The notes beneath the pieces are model-generated. The model was not told where the DNA came from and made no database searches. It was given only the letters and a program-made list of their open reading frames with translations. From a virus (lineage: Duplodnaviria > Heunggongvirae > Uroviricota > Caudoviricetes): a DNA stretch of 64,000 nt. Below, one piece after another: positions 8,752 to 18,600 of this stretch (the first letter of the stretch is position 1; the number at the start of each line of letters is the position of its first letter). Location of the stretch: IMG/VR virus record IMGVR_UViG_3300042484_002423. One strand, 5' to 3'. The position numbers and the translations under genes were made by a program.

Positions 8752-10269
8752 ATGACAGAAAGTGTACAAAGAAGTCGCGGTCGTCCATCAAATTACAAGT
8801 TTGATCGTGGCGGAGTTCCTGCGGAGTTTGGGCCGTTTACTGGTGTTGTGATGAGCACCGTTGATCCCACAAGAGCTGGTCGCCTGCGTGTGTACATTGA
8901 AGCTTTTGCTGATGGCGGCGCTGCTGCTATGGAAGATGACTCCAAATGGACCACAGTCAGTTACATGCCACCGTTCTATGGCAACACGCCCTTTGATCCT
9001 ACTACAGGTGTAAATGATAAAATTGGCGCTTATCCTGGCAATCCCAACAGTTACGGAATGTGGTTTACACCGCCAGACATTGGCGTCACCGTGGTGTGTA
9101 TATTTTTAAACGGTGATCGTAGCCAAGGCTTTTATATTGGTGCTGTACCTGAACAAGGTCTGGGCAACATGTACCCAGCAATTGCGTCAAGCACCAAGTA
9201 CGATGTAGGTAACGAAAATCAAAAAGAATATTTTGCTGGGGCTACAAGACTGCCAGTAACTGAAATCAACATCAACAACGAAGAAGTTTTTAACGATCCA
9301 AGATTTTTTGACAAAACAAAACCAGTTCAAGGATTCTTGGCACAAGGATTGTTTCAACAAGGACTAATTGAAGATATTGAACGAGGAACAATTCAGAGTT
9401 CAAGTCAACGCGAAACACCCAGTTCAGTATTTGGTATTATCACTCCAGGGCCACCTATATTTCAAGGCGGCATGAAGCCCAATGATATTCGTGCCAAATT
9501 AGATGCAGGCGAGATCAAGCCCAAGGCGGCACGAGTAATTGGACGCACCGGCGGTCATAGTTTCTTAATGGATGATGGTGACCTGCAAGGCGACAATGCA
9601 ATGTTACGTTTGCGAACCACAAAAGGTCATCAAATCACCATGAGTGACACTGGTAACTTTTTCTACATTGTGCACGCCAATGGACAAACTTGGCTTGAGT
9701 TTGGCGTTGAAGGCACAGTAGACGTCTACAGCAGCAACAGTGTAAACATTCGTACCAAAGGCGATATAAATTTGCATGCTGACCGAGACATCAACATGTA
9801 TGCTGGTCGCAACATCAAAATGAAAAGCAACGAAGCAATACATGCAGAAGCAACCACTTCAATGACGTTGACTTCACAAGGTGCGTTCACGGCCTACAGC
9901 AAAAGCACAATTGGAGTAAAAGCCGACGGCACTCTGACACTGAACAGTGCTGGTGGATCATGGGGTGCAGGTGGCGAGTTGAAACTAAAAGCAGGCACCA
10001 TTGATTTAAACGGTCCTGCAGCAGATGTTGTGCCTGCTCCAAACCCCTTGACCAAGACACAACTAGACGACACTGAATTTGACAACAGCAAGGGTTGGCA
10101 AGTAACGCCAGCCAAACTAGAAAGCATTGTTAATCGTGCCCCCACACACGAACCTTATCCGTATCACAACAAAGGTGTGGACGTTCAGGTGGCATTTGAA
10201 GAAGGAACTCCTACTCCGCCACCTGGTGCAGTCCCAGTTCCTGCTGGCGTAGAAATTGTAGGAAGGTAA
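8752..10269 (+). CDS. Baseplate central spike, gp5/gpV-like: an N-terminal OB-fold followed by a C-terminal beta-helix.
   Basis: The N-terminus FTGVVMSTVDPTRAGRLRVYIEAF is typical of the spike OB domain. The C-terminal half alternates short beta-strand repeats (GDINLHADRDINMYAGRNIKMKS..., TLTLNSAGGSWGAGGELKLKAGTIDLNG) as in gp5/VgrG beta-helices. An ATG and an AGGAAC RBS are present. Confidence 0.55.
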   Translation: MTESVQRSRGRPSNYKFDRGGVPAEFGPFTGVVMSTVDPTRAGRLRVYIEAFADGGAAAMEDDSKWTTVSYMPPFYGNTPFDPTTGVNDKIGAYPGNPNSYGMWFTPPDIGVTVVCIFLNGDRSQGFYIGAVPEQGLGNMYPAIASSTKYDVGNENQKEYFAGATRLPVTEININNEEVFNDPRFFDKTKPVQGFLAQGLFQQGLIEDIERGTIQSSSQRETPSSVFGIITPGPPIFQGGMKPNDIRAKLDAGEIKPKAARVIGRTGGHSFLMDDGDLQGDNAMLRLRTTKGHQITMSDTGNFFYIVHANGQTWLEFGVEGTVDVYSSNSVNIRTKGDINLHADRDINMYAGRNIKMKSNEAIHAEATTSMTLTSQGAFTAYSKSTIGVKADGTLTLNSAGGSWGAGGELKLKAGTIDLNGPAADVVPAPNPLTKTQLDDTEFDNSKGWQVTPAKLESIVNRAPTHEPYPYHNKGVDVQVAFEEGTPTPPPGAVPVPAGVEIVGR

Positions 10270-10270
10270 C

Positions 10271-11812
10271 ATGGGTACATTTACATTTAATCTTCCAGGT
10301 GTAGCGGCTCCAGGTGCAGCAGTTAATCAAAACTTGTACTCCAAAACAAAAGATGAAGATTTAACATATACTGGCAGCGACACCATAGTCTGGGATCGAA
10401 TCAATTCTGAGCGTCTACGCCGCGGGTTACCAAGTTTGACTGATATTGGTTATCCAAGACCTCCAGAAGAAGCTGACACAAAACAATCGCTGCCGCCAAC
10501 ACAAAACGGATCTGCCCAAACATTTGATATCAAGGGACCGCCCGGCCTTACGTTTGAACAAGCCAAGGCTATTTTTGATCAACAGGTTAAAACTGGTTCC
10601 TTGGTAGGATACAAGCCTGGCGATGTTCTCAGTGCTGCTACACAAGCAGCAGCTGGCCTTCCTGGGGCACAAGCAGCTCTAGAACAAGCACTGAGTGGAG
10701 TAACTGGGGCCCTGGGCGCAGGAATCCCCGGAGCAGCGCAGGCCATTGGCAGTGTCAATCAAGTTGCTGGCACATTTAACATTGCTGGTGTCGCTGGCCC
10801 TGCAGTAGCTAATGCAGGCCAGTTAGTAGCAACTGTACAACAAGCTGGATCAACGGCAACTAAAACTGTTGAAACATTGAACAACGCTATAAGAACTACA
10901 GCGGTAACTGCACCAATTGATGTTGCTGATTTTGCTAAAACAACAACGGCTCTTACTGGCATTGGTGCCATGACAACATCAGCTGTTACTGCGGTTGTTG
11001 CACAAGCAAAAAATCTAGTCAATCAGCCTGCTGCCGCAGTTAGCAATGCCAAAGGAATTGGTTCAGTTGGACTTGACATTTCACAACTTGAATCTGCTGG
11101 ACTAGTAAAACCAGGTACTGCTTCATTGCTAACCGTGGCAGGAACAACCTTATCCAGTGTGTTAAAAAGCCCCACAGTATGGACCGGTAAAGATGGCATA
11201 ACCAACCTTGGTAGTTTGACTGCCAGTGGAGCCAAACAAGAAGCTGTACTACAAGGACTCATGGCCAAAGGAGTTAACGAGTTAGCTGCTGTTGGCATAC
11301 CAGTCAGCAGTTTGAGTGCCCAGGGACTTGCTGGCACTGCGTTAAACGCTGCCAAAAACCCAGCAGCAGCAGAAGCATTCTTGAAAGGATTGCCTATACC
11401 CGGCGATGCAACAGGAGAACTCAAAGCAGCGTTCGATACCAATGTCAGAGATGGTGCATTTGCTGTAAATCTAGCAGAAACAAAAATTCCTGCTGCATTT
11501 AAAGAAATTGACTTCCCTATTCCGGCTACAAACACCATCAACCGTGATACTCTAAATGCTGCGGTGGGACGAATTGTTGGTAATGACAAAGTGCCTATTC
11601 CCAACTATGGCCAAGTTGACCGATCATTATACTCTCGTACCGCTGATCAGGATCTTATCTATACTGGCAATGATATCGCAGTCTGGGACAGAATCAACGC
11701 TGAAAGACTGCGTCAAGGACTGCCCGGGCTGGCTGAAATTGGTTATCCAAGACCGCCTGAAGAAACAGCAGCTCAAGCCGCTGCACGCCAACAAGCCCAG
11801 CAGGGCGGCTGA
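10271..11812 (+). CDS. Baseplate-associated structural protein (513 aa) with a duplicated ~49-aa module at its N- and C-termini and an Ala-rich middle.
   Basis: The N-terminal module (10325-10471) and C-terminal module (11615-11763) both read LYS.T.D.DL.YTG.D..VWDRIN.ERLR.GLP.L..IGYPRPPEE. The gene lies within the baseplate gene block. Confidence 0.45.
   Translation: MGTFTFNLPGVAAPGAAVNQNLYSKTKDEDLTYTGSDTIVWDRINSERLRRGLPSLTDIGYPRPPEEADTKQSLPPTQNGSAQTFDIKGPPGLTFEQAKAIFDQQVKTGSLVGYKPGDVLSAATQAAAGLPGAQAALEQALSGVTGALGAGIPGAAQAIGSVNQVAGTFNIAGVAGPAVANAGQLVATVQQAGSTATKTVETLNNAIRTTAVTAPIDVADFAKTTTALTGIGAMTTSAVTAVVAQAKNLVNQPAAAVSNAKGIGSVGLDISQLESAGLVKPGTASLLTVAGTTLSSVLKSPTVWTGKDGITNLGSLTASGAKQEAVLQGLMAKGVNELAAVGIPVSSLSAQGLAGTALNAAKNPAAAEAFLKGLPIPGDATGELKAAFDTNVRDGAFAVNLAETKIPAAFKEIDFPIPATNTINRDTLNAAVGRIVGNDKVPIPNYGQVDRSLYSRTADQDLIYTGNDIAVWDRINAERLRQGLPGLAEIGYPRPPEETAAQAAARQQAQQGG
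10325..10471 (+). repeat. Intragenic duplicated module, copy 1. Copy 2 is at 11615-11763.
   Basis: Direct comparison of the two peptide segments. Confidence 0.8.
11615..11763 (+). repeat. Intragenic duplicated module, copy 2.
   Basis: Direct comparison of the two peptide segments. Confidence 0.8.
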
Positions 11813-11823
11813 TAAATATCAAC

Positions 11824-12201
11824 ATGGTACAACAATTCATTGGGTTCAACACGCAGGGGCAGTTTAAAAAGTTCACACTAACTGGATTTCCTTTGGTCAA
11901 AAGAGACTTGCTCAATGCCTTTAACATACGTCAAGGGCAGTTGCCCGGACGTCCAGAGTACGGCACTGTGTTGTGGGATTTCTTGTTTGAAAATCAAGTT
12001 GAAGAATTGCAGCAGGCCATTGAAGCCGAAATACAACGTGTGGCCGGAAACGATCCCAGAATTTATATTTCAGCCGTGCAAGTGTTCCCACAAGACAACG
12101 GGATTTTAATACAGCTAGAGCTTACAATTTTGCCCAGCACCGATGCTGAGCAGCTGGCCATATTTTTTGACCTTACACAGCGACAAGCCTCTTACGTATA
12201 A
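11824..12201 (+). CDS. Baseplate wedge protein, gp25/gpW-like (GPW_gp25 family).
   Basis: The motif GQLPGRPEYGTVLWDFLFEN...DPRIYISAV is characteristic of gp25/gpW. Its size (125 aa) and its position between spike and gpJ-like genes fit. Confidence 0.65.
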   Translation: MVQQFIGFNTQGQFKKFTLTGFPLVKRDLLNAFNIRQGQLPGRPEYGTVLWDFLFENQVEELQQAIEAEIQRVAGNDPRIYISAVQVFPQDNGILIQLELTILPSTDAEQLAIFFDLTQRQASYV

Positions 12202-12220
12202 AGACGCCGTTTTTTGCCTC

Positions 12221-12228
12221 GATAAATA
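12221..12228 (+). promoter_or_regulatory. T4-late-promoter-like box GATAAATA, 19 nt upstream of the 12248 ATG.
   Basis: This is a 7/8 match to TATAAATA. An AGAGG RBS follows, and a gp55-like sigma is encoded in the window. Confidence 0.3.
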
Positions 12229-12247
12229 AAACATAGAGGCTTATAGA

Positions 12248-15200
12248 ATGGCAACAACAACAAGACAAACAGCAATATTCGGTGTTGAAGACTGGAAACA
12301 GATCTATCAAACTTATCGCGAAGCCGACTTTCAAAGTTACGACTTTGAAACTCTTCGTAAAAGTTTTGTAGATTATTTGCGTTTGTATTACCCCGAAACA
12401 TTCAATGACTACATTGAATCAAGCGAATTTATTGCTTTACTGGACGTCATTGCGTTCATGGGACAAGCTTTATCTTTCCGTACTGATCTTAACACCCGTG
12501 AAAACTATATTGACACAGCAGAACGTCGAGATAGTGTAACACGACTTGCAAACCTTGTCAGCTATACAGCCAAGCGCAACACAGCAGCTGAAGGATTCCT
12601 CAAAGTATTCTCTGTAACAACTACAGAAAACGTTTATGATTATCAAGGAGTCAACCTCAGTAACGTTACAGTTGACTGGGCTGATCCTACAAATCCAGAT
12701 TGGCAAGAGCAATTTACAGCCATTATTAATTCTAGCCTGGTAGATACTCAACGTGTGGGTCGCCCCGGAAACCGTCAAACCATACTGGGTGTTCGCACTG
12801 ATGAATACGCTGTTAATCTGGTACCTGGCTTCTTGCCCGTGGTCCCATATACTGCCACAGTTGATGGTGTAAACATGCCTTTTGAAGCAGTAACATCTAC
12901 TTCACAAGGCGAAAACTATGTTTACGAGCCTAGCCCAAGACCCAATCAACCGTTTAATATTCTGTTTCGTAACGACAGTCTTGGATTCCAGTCGTCAAAT
13001 ACCGGTTACTTTTTCTTGTTCAAGCAAGGTGTATTGCAAAACCAAGACTTCAACCTGGCAGAACGCATTGCCAACCGCACAGTAAACGTCAACATTGAGG
13101 GCGTCAACAACACAGATCGCTGGCTGTTCCAGCTAGATGATGTTGGCAACATCAATCGAGAGTGGCAATACACTGAAAACATTTACGAAGCTGGTGCTGA
13201 ACAACTGGGCACTGATCTGCGACCCATTTACACAGTTACAAGTCGCACAAACGATCAAATCACCATGGTGTTTGGTGACGGCGTGTTCTCAGAAATTCCT
13301 GTGGGTACATACCGTGCATATGTTCGTGCATCAAACGGTTTGCAGTACATTATCAACCCCGAGGAGATGCAGGCTGTAAGCATTCCTATCAGTTATATCA
13401 GTCGTCAAGGCAACTTGGAGACCATGACTTTTGTGTGCGGCATCACCCAGCCAGTTAGCAATTCACAAAGCCGCGAAACCATTGATGCCATCAAGCAACG
13501 TGCCCCGGCTCGTTACTACACTCAGAATCGCATGGTCAACGGTGAAGACTATAATCTTTTCCCTTACACACAATACAACAGCATTGTCAAGAGCAAGGCC
13601 ATTAACCGTAGCAGCATTGGTACCAGTCGCTATCTTGACCTTGTGGACAACACTGGAAAATATTCCAGCACCAACACATTTGGCAGTGATGGTGGACTGT
13701 GGAGAGAAAACATACTGCCAACCATCTTGTTCTCATGGGCCACACGAAATGAAATTGCTGACGTAGTTACAAATCAAGTACAGCCCAAGTTAACTGAAAG
13801 TACAATGCAGCAGTTTTATTACGATAACTTTCCTCGTCAAACTGTTGACACTGGAGCAACTGCTGGTACAACCTGGAACCAAAGCACAACGCTTGCAAAC
13901 CAAACAACTGGCTACTTTAAAAATGCACTAGGAACTCCAATCCCTGTGGGAAACACAACATCAACAGTGTTCAAATACGTTGCAGTAAGTAGCTTGATCA
14001 AATTTGTTGCTCCAACAGGATACTATTTTGATCGAAACAATAGACTGCAAATTGGCACAGCAACTCGTGCTGACGAAAAAACAATTATCTGGGCAAGCCC
14101 CCAAGAGATCATTGGCAACGGAAACAATCAAGGTTTGGGCAACTTGACCTCAGGAGCCGGTCCAGTAACTCTCAACAACTTTGTGCCCACTGGCGCCATT
14201 GTTGACACCATCATTCCGCTGTTTGTTACAGACTTACCACTGAGTCTTGAGCAGGCCATGGCTGAACAGATTTTGTTGTATCGCAACTTTGGCATTGGCT
14301 ACGACAATGACGGAGCCATCACCGGCACACCGTATACCTGGTACCTGATCAACAGCACCAGCCTGGATGTAAATGCTCCTTTTGCTATTGTTCCTGGAAT
14401 ATCAGGACAGAACACTGGCACTGGTGAAGATGCCAGCTGGCTTGTGCAGTTTACTACTGAAAATCAAAGTTACACCATCACACTACGAGGCCTGGCCTAC
14501 AACTTTGGATCAGTGTTACAAACACGATTCTTCTACTATGACGGCGGCCAAGTGTATGACAGTCGTACTGGCACAGTGATACGCGACTTTATCAATATCT
14601 TGGCAGTGAACACACAACCAGATTCAACAGAACCTCTTCCAGGTGATATTCCAGTAACCATTACAGGACAGCCTGTTGAGAGCGACGGATATGTTGACGA
14701 CTTCCAGGTACTTGTTGGTTTCCGTGACAGCGACAACGACGGCGTTCCTGACGACCCAGACTTCTTTGACGAAGTGGTCGCTCCTGATGTCAACTCAAAT
14801 CAGAAGCTGATATTTTTGCAACAGACTGTGGACTTTGATAACTTGCAGCGTTACTTGTTGGTTGAGCAAGGTCGTGTAATATCTGATTATGCCACCTTTG
14901 ATGACATTGAACTGGCAAAATTTGAATGGAGTCCTGGGCAAGTGTTCTACGCTTACAGTGAAGAAGCGTTTTATGAACTAAGCATTAGTACCACTGGTGT
15001 CAGAACAATAGTGTCAGTAAGTGGCTGGATTGCCAGAACAGGCCGACAAGATTTGTACTATCAATATCGTCACAACAGCACACTGACTAACCGAATAGAT
15101 CCAGGAACAACAAACATTATTGATTTGTATGTGGTCACACAGGCCTACTACACCGCTTATCAAAACTGGATTCGTGATACCACAAACACTGTGCCTGAGC

Positions 15201-15685
15201 CAGCACAACCCACAATTGATGAGTTAAGTACAGCATATCAAGGACTGCAAGACTACAAAATGTTGAGTGACAACATTATTATTAATTCAGTTAACTTCAA
15301 ACCCTTGTTTGGAGAAAAAGCAGCCACTGAACTAAGAGCCACAATCAAGGTTATTAGAGCCAGTAACAGCACTGCATCTGTGAGTGAAATTAAATCATCA
15401 GTTGTAGCAGCCACGAACACTTATTTTAGCATTGACAAATGGAACTTTGGAGACACATTCTATTTCTCTGAGCTTGCAGCATATTTGCATCGCGAGCTTG
15501 GTACAATTATTTCTAGCGTGGTCTTGGTACCACTGAACACGCAAAAGTATTTTGGCGATTTGTACGAAGTACGTAGTCAACCCAATGAAATTTTTGTTAA
15601 CGGTGCAACAATCAACAATATTGAAGTGATTGAAGCATTGACCAGTACCAATTTGCGTACTGCCCCAGGTAGTGGAGTTATTTGA
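12248..15685 (+). CDS. Baseplate wedge protein, gp6/gpJ-like by position (1145 aa).
   Basis: The ORF is long and ATG-initiated with an AGAGG RBS. It immediately follows the gp25/gpW-like gene, as in the P2/Mu/T4 baseplate order. Confidence 0.45.
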   Translation: MATTTRQTAIFGVEDWKQIYQTYREADFQSYDFETLRKSFVDYLRLYYPETFNDYIESSEFIALLDVIAFMGQALSFRTDLNTRENYIDTAERRDSVTRLANLVSYTAKRNTAAEGFLKVFSVTTTENVYDYQGVNLSNVTVDWADPTNPDWQEQFTAIINSSLVDTQRVGRPGNRQTILGVRTDEYAVNLVPGFLPVVPYTATVDGVNMPFEAVTSTSQGENYVYEPSPRPNQPFNILFRNDSLGFQSSNTGYFFLFKQGVLQNQDFNLAERIANRTVNVNIEGVNNTDRWLFQLDDVGNINREWQYTENIYEAGAEQLGTDLRPIYTVTSRTNDQITMVFGDGVFSEIPVGTYRAYVRASNGLQYIINPEEMQAVSIPISYISRQGNLETMTFVCGITQPVSNSQSRETIDAIKQRAPARYYTQNRMVNGEDYNLFPYTQYNSIVKSKAINRSSIGTSRYLDLVDNTGKYSSTNTFGSDGGLWRENILPTILFSWATRNEIADVVTNQVQPKLTESTMQQFYYDNFPRQTVDTGATAGTTWNQSTTLANQTTGYFKNALGTPIPVGNTTSTVFKYVAVSSLIKFVAPTGYYFDRNNRLQIGTATRADEKTIIWASPQEIIGNGNNQGLGNLTSGAGPVTLNNFVPTGAIVDTIIPLFVTDLPLSLEQAMAEQILLYRNFGIGYDNDGAITGTPYTWYLINSTSLDVNAPFAIVPGISGQNTGTGEDASWLVQFTTENQSYTITLRGLAYNFGSVLQTRFFYYDGGQVYDSRTGTVIRDFINILAVNTQPDSTEPLPGDIPVTITGQPVESDGYVDDFQVLVGFRDSDNDGVPDDPDFFDEVVAPDVNSNQKLIFLQQTVDFDNLQRYLLVEQGRVISDYATFDDIELAKFEWSPGQVFYAYSEEAFYELSISTTGVRTIVSVSGWIARTGRQDLYYQYRHNSTLTNRIDPGTTNIIDLYVVTQAYYTAYQNWIRDTTNTVPEPAQPTIDELSTAYQGLQDYKMLSDNIIINSVNFKPLFGEKAATELRATIKVIRASNSTASVSEIKSSVVAATNTYFSIDKWNFGDTFYFSELAAYLHRELGTIISSVVLVPLNTQKYFGDLYEVRSQPNEIFVNGATINNIEVIEALTSTNLRTAPGSGVI

Positions 15686-18600
15686 TGGCAACAGTTCGTA
15701 GTGTAGATTTTCTCCCAGAGATTTTTCAAACTGATGCTAACAAACAGTTTTTAAGAGCAACTCTTGACCAGTTGGTACAAGAACCTAAGTATCAAAAAAC
15801 ACAAGGCTTTATTGGGCGTACCGTGGGACCTGGTGTCAACCCCAACGATCGCTATGTGGTTGAACCAAATGCCACTCGTGCAAATTATCAACTTGAGCCC
15901 GGAGTTGTAAGCCTTGAGCCTGGAACAAACAAAATCAAGGACACAATCACATATCCTGGAATCAATGATGCTGTTGCTTATCAAGGTGGCAACAGTGCTC
16001 GTCCAGATCGACTGTATTCAAGTGAGTACTATTCTTGGGATCCGTTTGTTGACTTTGATACATTTGTAAACTTCAGTCAGTATTTTTGGGTGCCCGATGG
16101 TCCTCCTGTAGTTGATGTTTCTAGCACTGGTATACCTGTTACTGACAATTTTACAGTGACTCGCCAAAATGGAGTTTATGCATTTTCTGGCGTATCGGGC
16201 ACTAACCCCATAATTGAACTAGTACGAGGCGGCAGTTACACGTTCCAAGTTGCACAAAACAACAAAGAAACAGTTAACTATCGAGTTCGTAACAACAGCA
16301 TCAATGCTTATATTGTTGACAATCAGTCAAATCCAACATTGACTTTGGTGCGTGGTAACACCTATGTGTTTAATCTAACACTTAACGGAGTATTTCCGTT
16401 CTGGATCAAGACACAACCAACGACTGGGATTGGCGATGTTTACAGTTCAGGAGTCACAAGAAACGGTTCAACTTCTGGACTAGTAACATTTACAGTGCCA
16501 CAAGATGCCCCTGACACACTGTACTATGCATCACAAAATCAGATCAACATGCAAGGACGTTTTGACATCGTTGACGGCGTTCCAGGCACAGGTCCAGGAT
16601 TCTGGATTCAAGCCGCCCCTGGTATTAACGGAACACTACCAGCCACACCCAACATCAGCAGTCGTGATGTTTATGGGGTTGAAAACAACGGCGAAGACCT
16701 TGGAACAATTGTATTCAATGTTCCTTACAAAACTGCTCAAAATTTCTATTACAACTTGCCATCCATTAGTCAAGTTGATTTGATCACTGGTTTGAATTTT
16801 GATCAAATCAACAACATGCCTGTGGCAGAATTTATTGCCAACTACGGTGGAATTGATGGGATCTCAAATCTTGAGGGAAGAACTCTTGTATTTGCAAAAA
16901 CATCACAAGAAACTGAAGCTGGTGGTTGGTCAAGAACCACGCTGTTTGATCCATTAGCACCAGGTGCAGCAAACAACGGATTGATTGGTAGCTACGACAC
17001 TGTGCCTTACAGTCAAGAAACTGAAATACCTCTTGTAGATAGATATCAAGTGTGGCAAATATCTTATGTGAATAATGGCGGTTTTGACTATATCTATCTC
17101 AGCAAGGTATTGACCGTTGATCCAAACACAAAATTCAACATTAGCTACGGCACAGTATACAGTAATACTCAATGGTACAAAGATGCAACTGGTGTTTTTA
17201 AACAAATTCCGTTGTTGTCTGCTGTACAAGATACACTGTACTATCAAGACGGAACTGATCCTGAAATTTTTGGTACAATCAAATTACTTGAACAAACAAC
17301 TTCAAGCACATTGTTTATCAATGACATAATTGGTAAAAAAACCTACACAAGTCCAAACGGTGTAACATTTACCAACGGACTTAAAGTTAGATTTACTGGC
17401 AGTGTAGATCCAGCTAGCTATGGGTCAGGCCAAAGCACAATTACCTACACGCAGACTGAGACTGGAACCAATTACATAAGTTCATTGTCTGCCAACGACT
17501 TGTATGTTGGACAGGAGATTGTGTTCGCTTCGCCAACACTTGGTGGTATTGAACCAGGTACTACCTATTTTGTAAGAAGTATTGCTGCCAACGGCTTGAA
17601 ATTTACCATAAGCGAAGTGCTAAACGGCACAGCAGTAATATTGCAAACTGGTACTGGTACCTCAACCGCCACCGCCATTAGCAACAAAGAATACTATGTG
17701 AATGGAGTAGGCAGTGCTATAGAATTATTGCCAGTTACAGATTTTGTTACACCTGAAAGTTACGTAACTGGCACTGATCCTACCGATCTTGACTACCTAA
17801 CAATCAGTCGTGCCAGCAAGGACCTAAATCCTTGGACTCGTAGTAATCGTTGGTTCCACATTGATGTTATCAATGCTGCTGCCGCATACAATAATACCAC
17901 CGCGGTTCTTGACAACACCTACAGAGCCAAGCGTCCTATTATTCAGTTCCGTCCAGGACTGCGCCTGTGGAACATGGGCACATCAGGAAAACAACCAGTT
18001 GATATCATCGACTTTGAAGAAACTGATGCTTTTACAAACATTGAAGGATCCACTGGGTATACCACTGACGGATATACCTTGGTTGAAGGATCTAGAGTAA
18101 TTTTTGCCGCAGACGAAGATGTTGCTGTACAAAACAAAATTTTTGTTGTTAGCTTTATTACACCAGATTCAACTCCACCAATTGGCCCTCCCTATACCGG
18201 GCAACCAATTATACATTTGACCTTGGCCGCAGATGGTGAAGTATTCACAGATCAAAACACTGTGGTGCTCTACGGAAATACCACCGCTGGCAACACGTAC
18301 TGGTATAATGGCACTGCCTGGGCTCAAGCACAACAAAAGACTTTGGTACAACAAGCGCCGTTGTACAACGTTTATGACCCTACAGGCATCAGTTTTGGTG
18401 ACAGCACCAAATATCAATCAACCACCTTTGCTGGTAGCAAGTTGTTCTCCTATGCAGTTGGTGACACCAGCATTATTGATCCTATTCTGCAATTTCCTTT
18501 GCAGTATCTAAACATCAACAACGTTGGCGATATTGTATTTTTAAACAACCTTTACAACGATACATTCTTGTACGTGGTAGACAACGTATCTGTTACCAGT

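Noticed and set aside
8752-10269. Lysozyme domain in the central spike, as in T4 gp5
   Set aside because: No lysozyme-like catalytic Glu-Asp-Thr motif is apparent between the OB domain and the beta-helix. It is called a spike without an enzymatic domain.
11811-11818. GATAAATA box read as a conventional late promoter for the gp25-like gene
   Set aside because: It ends only 5 nt before the ATG and overlaps the upstream stop codon. It may be coincidental or imply a leaderless start. It is noted in a finding but not called as a confident promoter.
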